This document shows, one piece after another, positions 38,485 to 45,867 of a stretch of DNA of 45,867 nucleotides. The notes under the pieces were generated by a model. It did not search any database. It had not been told where the DNA came from and worked only from the letters and a program-made list of their open reading frames with translations. How positions within the stretch are numbered: the first letter of the stretch is position 1; every line of letters begins with the position of its first letter. This stretch comes from Octopus bimaculoides (Eukaryota): positions 23,280,636 through 23,326,502 of the forward strand of contig NC_068982.1 in NCBI RefSeq assembly GCF_001194135.2, given 5' to 3'. Position numbers and translations under genes: made by a program.

Positions 38485-38834
38485 TGGTTTATGTGGTAAG
38501 TAGCTTGCTTACCAACCACATGGTCCCGGGTTCAGTCCCACTGCGTGGCATCTTGGGCAAGTGTCTTCTACTATAGCCTCGGGCTAACCAAAGCCTTGTG
38601 AGTGGATTTTGTAGACGGAAACTGAAAGAAGCCCGTCGTATATATGTATATATATATGTATGTGTGTCTGTGTTTGCCCCCCCCCCCCAACATCACTTGA
38701 CAACCGATGCTGGTGTGTTTATGTCCCCGTAACTTAGCGGTTCGGCAAAAGAGACCGATAGAATAAGTACTAGGCTTACAAAGAATATGTCCTGGGGTCG
38801 ATTTGCTCGACTAAAGGCGGTGCTCCAGCATGGC
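38485..38834 (+). mobile_element. SINE family B, well-preserved copy cut by a 10-N gap
   Basis: TGTGGTAAGTAGCTTGCTTACCAACCACATGGTCCCGGGTTCAGTCCCACTGCGTGGC (A-box-like and B-box-like), internal TA/TG tract, CTTAGCGGTTCGGCAAAAGAGACCGATAGAATAAGTAC, tail GGCGGTGCTCCAGCATGGC. Confidence 0.92.
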
Positions 38835-38849
38835 NNNNNNNNNNTTAAA

Positions 38850-38894
<45 letters not shown>

Positions 38895-38897
<3 letters not shown>

Positions 38898-39060
38898 GCA
38901 ATTTGCAGTAAAAACCAAGACGAAGACAGGTGTATGAACAACAAGCTGGTGTATTTGTTTGACACTCAGGAAAGTGAGAAAGTCCTTCACGTATCGAGCC
39001 TATGCTTCTCAACAGAAAGGAATACGAGAAAATAAACAGAGAGAATAAAAAGACATTGTG
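38895..39060 (+). mobile_element. Interspersed repeat, possibly a Penelope-like terminal fragment
   Basis: GACGAAGACAGGTG...ACAACAAG...GACACTCAGGAAAG...CACGTATCGAGCC...CTCAACAGAAAGG. Resembles a GACGTTTCG-type terminal motif as I recall it from Penelope-like repeats; unverified. Confidence 0.3.
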
Positions 39061-39084
39061 GATTAATCAGTAATATATATATAA

Positions 39085-39087
39085 TCA

Positions 39088-39153
<66 letters not shown>

Positions 39154-39185
39154 CATATATTGATATTGATATTGATATTGATATT
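39085..39185. repeat. (ATCT)n and (GATATT)n microsatellites
   Basis: Directly visible. Confidence 0.95.
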
Positions 39186-39716
39186 AGCCCGCCTGGATCA
39201 AACCCTACATCAAATATCTTTACTTGTTATATAATGTAGTTTTCTAAAGAAGACAAGTTAAAATGCTTAGCTTACTCTCTTTCGAAATCACAACGGTCTT
39301 AATATTTGTTGAGAATCTATTTAGAACCTCTGACTTAACGCCGATGAACAGAACGTTGCCAATAATCAAATTCATTGTTGCATAATTATTATATTCCTAA
39401 ATTTGCTACATCCTAGCTTGGGATATTTGTAAATATCTGTATGGATTTGAATCAATAAGGAAATCATCCTATTTAGATACGAAATCTATATGTAATAAAA
39501 ATATTTAATTAAAATATTAAAGCTACGAGAAGATAAATCGTTGAGGAGCATAATACGAGAAATGCAAAGTTTGTAAGCTGACTATGCTGGTTTAATTCGA
39601 AATCTTACATGAATCAATTTCACATCTTGTATTAGTAACTGCATTGTTTAATTCCATGGAAACTGACATCCGAAAAATAGGAATTCAAAAGTAAAGGATG
39701 GCAACTTCTCTTGAAA

Positions 39717-41010
39717 ATGGACTAAAGTTGACATCGTGGTGTTATGAAGTGCCTGTAGAAAAAGGGATTAACCCCCATGGATATTCACACTAACATGGTT
39801 ACTATATAAAGGGATGACGGTCCAGCTTCATCAGCAGTGCAAAAGAGGGCATCTGAATTTAGGAGGGGATGATAGAAGTTTGAAAATGACCCAAGGTCTG
39901 GACGTTTTGCAACTGGAAAACCGAGGTGAACATAGATAGTGTTCATCACAACTTGATAGATTTCGGGTAATTGACTATAAACCAAATAACCAATGCTTTT
40001 AGCATAAACCGTAGGACACATTAGATGACACACGCACCCGGGCAAACACACACATACATTCATACATACTTACACACACACGCATACGTGCATACACACA
40101 CACACACATATATATGGGAAGGGAGCGGTTATACGCTAGCATGGGCGGTAGAATTCTCATCTTATCTTAATTAAAATGATATTAATAAATGCATGTCTCT
40201 TTTTCAAGTGAGCTTATGCTGCAACTATGCTACACCTTGTATTGTTTGAAGTACAGGATGTTTACTCTAATTATCTTTCACACTATGTACGTTCAAGACA
40301 CAGTTATATCTTGGCATGACGAAGCTTTCTGCTTGGTGCGTGCCACACCTTATGACGCCTACTTAAAAGCGCACCAGGTTGATTATATCACGGGAAAATC
40401 CCATAATGTTTCAAGCAGAACTAGTTTCCGTGAACGTTTCCTAACCCAAGATGTGTGTGTAGATCTCATCACTTTGAAACAATCCATTCACTAGAAACAA
40501 TTCATTCACAAAGTAACAATCCATTCGCAGGAAACATTCGGCTTTACCTGCTCCAAACAAGCCCAAGGAGGTTTCACTTGCGGGTAAGGTGATGCCCTCA
40601 GTTATTTCGGACGACAAAGACATTGTTTTTATTTACTATATTCAAAAGAGCCACGCCTTCAGAGGAGACTATTATGCCAACTTGCTAAACCAGTTACGAA
40701 AAGCCTTCAGTGCCACAGGAAAACTATCGAAACAAGACCTCTTTCATCAGGACAACATTCCAGCACGCTAGTTTTCATCTTCACCACTGTGCACGACTGT
40801 GTCTATGAATTAGTTGATAACCCTCCGTTTTATCCTGATTTTGCCCCTTCTAACTATTATCTGTTCGCCGACATGACAAAACAGGTGGAAACCAGTATCG
40901 TAGTGATGATCATATCAACTTCTGTTGATGATTTTCTTTTAACAACAGATTGAAAGACCTTCACCAATGAGATCCAAGGACAGCAACACCGATGGAAGAA
41001 GTGTGAGGAA
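39717..41010 (+). mobile_element. Mariner (DD34D-type) transposase pseudogene, near full length, interrupted at about 40015-40305
   Basis: HRGVMKCL*KKGLTPMDIH..FRRG..FENDPRSGR; LGMTKLSAWCVPHLMT (WVPHEL-type motif); RERFLTQD; AGKVMPSV; LFHQDNIPA; PPFYPDFAPSNYYLF (YSPDLAPSD motif); QQHRWKKC. Multiple stops and frameshifts. Confidence 0.9.
40118..40225 (+). repeat. Unclassified ~100-bp repeat, copy 1 (inside the mariner insertion)
   Basis: GCGGTTATACGCTAGCATG...AATGCATGTCTCTTTTTCAAGTGAGCTTATGCTG matches 41537-41630. Confidence 0.6.
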
Positions 41011-41162
41011 AATATATGCTATCGATTATGGCAGTTTGCTACACAATGACGTTCTGTATGGGACAACACAAAAGATTTCCAGAATAGACAGAGAAGGATA
41101 AAAGAAAAGGATGACGACGAGGAAAGGAAGAATATAGTGCCGAGAAAAATATGAGGAATCAA

Positions 41163-41164
41163 AT

Positions 41165-41229
<65 letters not shown>

Positions 41230-41232
41230 CTG

Positions 41233-41315
<83 letters not shown>

Positions 41316-41321
41316 TTGCTG

Positions 41322-41353
<32 letters not shown>
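41163..41353. repeat. Compound (TAC)n/(TGC)n trinucleotide repeat
   Basis: Directly visible; it produces the poly-T/A/L, poly-S and poly-V/Q ORFs. Confidence 0.97.
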
Positions 41354-41354
<1 letters not shown>

Positions 41355-41536
41355 ACAAACATATACACACATATACACACATACGTACGTACATACATAC
41401 ATATACACACATTCATGTATATATATATTTAGTCTTATACTATTCTCATCGATACGGCTGCGGCCATGCTGGAGAAATATATATATATATATATACACGC
41501 TTCCATACATACATGCATATATACTTACATATGCAT

Positions 41537-41630
41537 GTGGGCTGGTGGCGGCTATACACTAACATGTATACTAACTAAAGTGAAATAAATATATGCATCA
41601 TTCTTTTACTAGTGAGCTTATGTTGTCTAT
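41537..41630 (+). repeat. Unclassified ~100-bp repeat, copy 2
   Basis: GCGGCTATACACTAACATG...ATATGCATCATTCTTTTACTAGTGAGCTTATGTTG. Confidence 0.6.
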
Positions 41631-42809
41631 ATTTACGTGTATATATATAGTCAACAACGTCTTCAATGAGAAAAGAAATGAAACACACTTAAATATGCTC
41701 ATGAAACAATGCGTATCTTTAATCTTTAAATGTATACACCACTTTTGCAGCCTTTCAGATTATATAATATTAATATAGCTTGCAAATATACGCAAGAGAA
41801 CACAATAATCAATCGTAGGCAAATTTTCAAGGAATCTTGGTACACGCGTCTTTTCAAAATCAAGTTGAAGGGCAGTACGTGCAACAATGTATCCAGTTCA
41901 CAAAGGAAACATAGCAGAGAATTAATTCTCGCAAAGCGTGAACTAGTAATGCAATGCTAGGTTCAATCGTCCAGATCATTTTACGTTTAAGGTTGAATGT
42001 AAATGTAGCAATTAGATTTAAATAAAAGAACCCATCTATTTGAAAATAAATTAGAGACAACCGTTTATTACGATAGAGTGTAAGATGAATTTGTATACAA
42101 AACAAATAGATTCTGTAATATCTACGCCGTAATATTGATTTCTAGCATTGTCACACATTCGCTCAAATTGGGGGAGGAGGGATAACAGTTCAGCATATCA
42201 AACCCAGCTCTTGGATCATTCTTCTTTAATCGTCCGTGACGGGATGGAAACGAAAGTCAACCTTGAAAGGTTTTCAAATGGGATTTTCAGTAAATTGCGT
42301 TATACATTCAATCTCTTACTTTATTGATTCTCCAATCCACCGCCTTTATCTGCATCATAAAATTTATATATTGCATTGGCAAATGGTTATGCATTTAAAG
42401 AAGAATGAATTTATACTTAGAACAACACTGTTTAACATTTTATGGATCCCGCAAGGTAGAAATTCAATCATGAATTTGCTGAGATTTGCTGTCAGAAAAA
42501 GGAAACTATCCCTGAAAACTAGGATGAGGTTTATATTTCTACATAAAAATTAAAGAGAATCAACATCTCTACGATGTATTGTAATTCTAAAGTGGATATC
42601 ATTAATGCTATTTCAGAAACTTACGTTGGAGACTTTAGCATTTCAGAAGACAGCTAAATAAACACATACCAATAATAGTCTAGGATAAAAATCGACGGTC
42701 GGCTCTACTCTCAGGCTTCTAAATCTGTCCCTTACAAATATATTTACATCAAACATGAAAATGATGAAAATGAAAACAAAATAAAACGGTAGAGAACATA
42801 ATCGGTACG

Positions 42810-43032
42810 GTGAATTTCAAAATAATGGTTTCAACTTTTAACATAAAAGCAGCATAAGAGGGTTAAGTCGATTACATCAACCTAAGTGCTCAACTGGTAC
42901 TTAATTTATCGACCAATAAAAGATGAAAGGCAAAGTTGAGCTCGGTGGAATTCGATTTCAGATCATAAAGAGAGACGAAATACCACTAAGCATTGTGCAT
43001 GACGTGGTAATGATTCTGCTAGTTTGTCACCT
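42810..43032 (-). mobile_element. SINE family A
   Basis: AAGTCGATTACATC...CAACTGGTACTTAATTTATCGACC...GATGAAAGGCAAAGTTGAGCTCGGTGGAATT...GACGAAATACCACTAAGCATT...GATTCTGCTAG. Confidence 0.85.
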
Positions 43033-43044
43033 TTAAATTTCAAA

Positions 43045-43054
43045 ATAACAATAA

Positions 43055-43125
<71 letters not shown>
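43045..43125. repeat. (AAT)n microsatellite
   Basis: Directly visible. Confidence 0.97.
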
Positions 43126-43126
<1 letters not shown>

Positions 43127-43169
43127 GATGGTTAGCATACTATTGAAAATTTTGATGGTGATTTTTATT

Positions 43170-43530
43170 CTTTTTATTCAGTCGTTTAACTGACGACATA
43201 CGGGAGCACCGCCTTAAAGGGTTGAAATCGAATAAATCGACCTCAGTACTTACTTTTAAAGCCTAATACTTATTCTATAGATGTCCTTTGCTGAACCACT
43301 AAGTTACGGGTACGTAAACACACCAACACTGATTGCCAAACGGTGATGGCGGGACAAACGCAGACACGAGGACACACACACACACACACACACACATACA
43401 CAGATGCACACACGCAGACACATATACGACGGGATTCTTACCGTTTCCCTCTACCAAATCCACTCGTAAGTCTTTGGTGGGCCCAAGACTATAATAGAAG
43501 ACCTTTGCCCAGGGTGCCCCGCAGTGGGAT
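43170..43530 (-). mobile_element. SINE family B, diverged
   Basis: GGAGCACCGCCTT...AATCGACC...TACTTATTCTAT...GAACCACTAAGTTACGGG...(CA)n...CGACGGG...CTACCAAATCCACTC...TTGCCCAGGGTGCCCCGCAGTGGGA is the reverse complement of family B. Confidence 0.88.
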
Positions 43531-45231
43531 TATTATTAATAGTAAATATCATTACCATTTAACAACTATACTAATAGAACTCTGAAATCACACGCACACG
43601 GGTATGTTTGTATCTCTCTAACTGCGTAATTATCTACCTATTTGTGTTTATGAATGTTGATCATTTTGAAGAGTCATTAACTGTTTTACATATAATACAC
43701 ATTCTTAGAGATTAGTTGTAGACATATATTTTGTTAATAACATGTGTATCAAGCCATTCCTATATTCGAGTCTTTCATTCTTTAGTCAACGAATTCTTTT
43801 TAGCGATTTCTCTCTTGGCGTAAGAGCTTTCATTGCTTTCCTTTACTTATCACGACATTTTGTTCTCCATTCTTAACTTTGTCTTGTTCTGTTACCTTAC
43901 TGCGTATAGAATTGTTTTCATCTTGCCTAACCTGAAATAAGTTCAAGTTAATCTCAGTATGGTGTCGATTTAGAAATTAGAAATATATCTAAAATTTATA
44001 CTCCTGTAAAATAGCATTTAATGGATTACCATTCATCTTGGGAGAAGCCGTTTCTGCCATTCTAAGATATTCATTAGAAGCAAAAACAGCCAAACCGCCG
44101 GCATGAAGTTTAAGGACATTCTCCAGGGTGATCTTACTACAAAATTATGCTACGAATAGTGATTGGAATATATAATGTAATTCGAAATTATGACGTGTTT
44201 AGATGAAAAAAAAAAATCTGTTCTCAGTATTCGTGTCAGTAAGCAATCTCATTTTAAAAAATTTCATGGTACGATGAGCATGGCGGTGATATGAATAATT
44301 CTAGACAAGATGTTAAATGCTACGTATTTGTAAATTTATTAGAATTTGTTTTGAAAACAATTCTCTTTATAAGATCGATATATGCGATAAATATTGTAGC
44401 ATTTCAGCGGTAAATTCGAAAATATTTGTACGCTATCATTTTGAGGTAAATAATTAGGTGAGGGGATTCATTTATTGATGATAGCAAGGTGCTAAAAAAA
44501 CAAAAAAACAAAAAAAAACAATTAACGCTTTTATTTGTTTTCATTCTCATCCTTTCCAAACGCTAATTACTAGATCTTGAAATTTGAATTCACTTTCAAT
44601 GTGGAAATCTTTCGATGTAATGTACTATAATTAAAAGAAGTATGAAATATCTACTGTTCTACAATAGAAATTACTCTAGACATTATCAAGTGCATTGAGT
44701 ATCCGTCACATTCAATAAACACCTTACTATCTGTAGTGTTTTACGATAAATTAAGTGTCTAAACTGACAGAAGTTTGTAAGAAGCAAATCTCGTTGATTT
44801 AATACAATTTCATTGTACGTATATCATATAATAGCTAAGTAGATAAGTCTGTCTGTAGCTTTCTATGTGCATATAAGTACGTGCATACCAACAAACACAC
44901 ACATAGATTTCTTTCATCATATTCCAATCTATAAATTCCCTGTTGTCCTTGAGATTCAGGTACTGACCGTTGTTTCTTTAAAGGGTAGCTAGCATCTCAT
45001 GATGTAGTATACGAAATTTGGCAGAAATCTGCGTTATTCTCCATACACTATACAGGAACATACACAATATATTTGGTAATGAGGGAATTACTCAGAACTT
45101 CACAAGGTATTATTGCAAATTAAATAACATGAGATATTTATTTGAATCTAAAATATATTTATTTAAAAATAACTAGAAATATCCAGTAAAAATATCTCAT
45201 GATGAATGTCAGGTTAGTATCTAGCAATTGC

Positions 45232-45450
45232 AAGGCAGTGAGCTGGCAGAATCGTAAGCAGGTCGGGCAAAATGCTTAGCACTATTTCATCCATCTTGGC
45301 GTTCTGAGTTCAAATTACTCCGAGGCTAACTTTGCCTTTTATCATCTGGAGGCCGCTAAAATAAGTATCGGTTGGGTATTGGGGTCGATGTAATCCACCT
45401 TTCTCCTCTCTTGAAATTTCTGGCCTTGTGCAAGAATCTGAAACCAATAT
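45232..45450 (+). mobile_element. SINE family A
   Basis: GGCAGTGAGCTGGCAGAATCG...AAATGCTTAGC...GTTCTGAGTTCAAATT...TGGGGTCGATGTAATC...GAAACC. Confidence 0.88.
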
Positions 45451-45519
45451 TTAACAATTGTATACATTGTGAAAAATGAGCTTCGTACAGAGCGAATATG
45501 TTCAATCTAAGATTCTATA

Positions 45520-45633
45520 CATGTCTGTCTATCTGTCTCTGTTTGACTGTCTCTCCCCGCCTCTCTCTGTCTTCGCTATCTTTCTATCAATCTTTCCTTC
45601 CACCTATGCTTATGCATCATATGTGTGTGTGAA

Positions 45634-45702
<69 letters not shown>

Positions 45703-45867
45703 GTATGTATATATATATATATATGTCTGTAGTTATCTCTCTATCTCTCTATATATATCTATATTCATTATCTCCTCTTGCTCTCTCCATCTCTCTGTAT
45801 ATATACACACGCATGCATTCATACATAAATACATGTATATATGTATGTGTATATATATATATATATA
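45520..45867. repeat. (TC)n, (TA)n and (TG)n microsatellite block
   Basis: Directly visible. Confidence 0.95.

Noticed and set aside
41151-41432. Poly-T/A/L, poly-S and poly-Q ORFs, and the similar poly-D/M ORFs near 10050-10267
   Set aside because: Pure trinucleotide microsatellites with no flanking coding context or splice structure.
1-45867. CRISPR arrays, prokaryotic operons, rRNA genes
   Set aside because: No regularly spaced repeat-spacer arrays, no dense coding regions and no rRNA-like sequence; the DNA is clearly eukaryotic and repeat-rich.

Overview
AT-rich animal genomic DNA, most likely octopus or another coleoid cephalopod. I infer this from two tRNA-derived SINE families I recognise from octopus sequence, the dense (TA)n/(CA)n/(GA)n microsatellites, and nine N-gaps that mostly abut simple repeats. 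I can support no intact host protein-coding gene, RNA gene or CRISPR array. Most ORFs in the supplied track are microsatellite, N-gap or transposon artefacts. The window is a transposable-element graveyard: about 14 SINE copies or fragments (three families), a Ty3/Gypsy element with an internal inversion, a near-full-length decayed mariner, a Tc1/mariner DUF4817-type fragment, a hAT MITE, and R4/Dong-like, RTE, CR1/L2-like and Penelope-like LINE relics. Best leads: (1) a LINE 3' end whose tail matches the tail of one SINE family (candidate SINE-LINE partnership); (2) the Gypsy gag-to-RT inversion; (3) a direct-direct-inverted triplication forming a ~170-bp-arm foldback at the window start; (4) a series of short minus-strand segments with strong splice-site pairs (possible spliced non-coding or UTR transcript); (5) an 87-bp CpG-dense island. 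I found no convincing new biological system. All alignments were done by eye, not computed.
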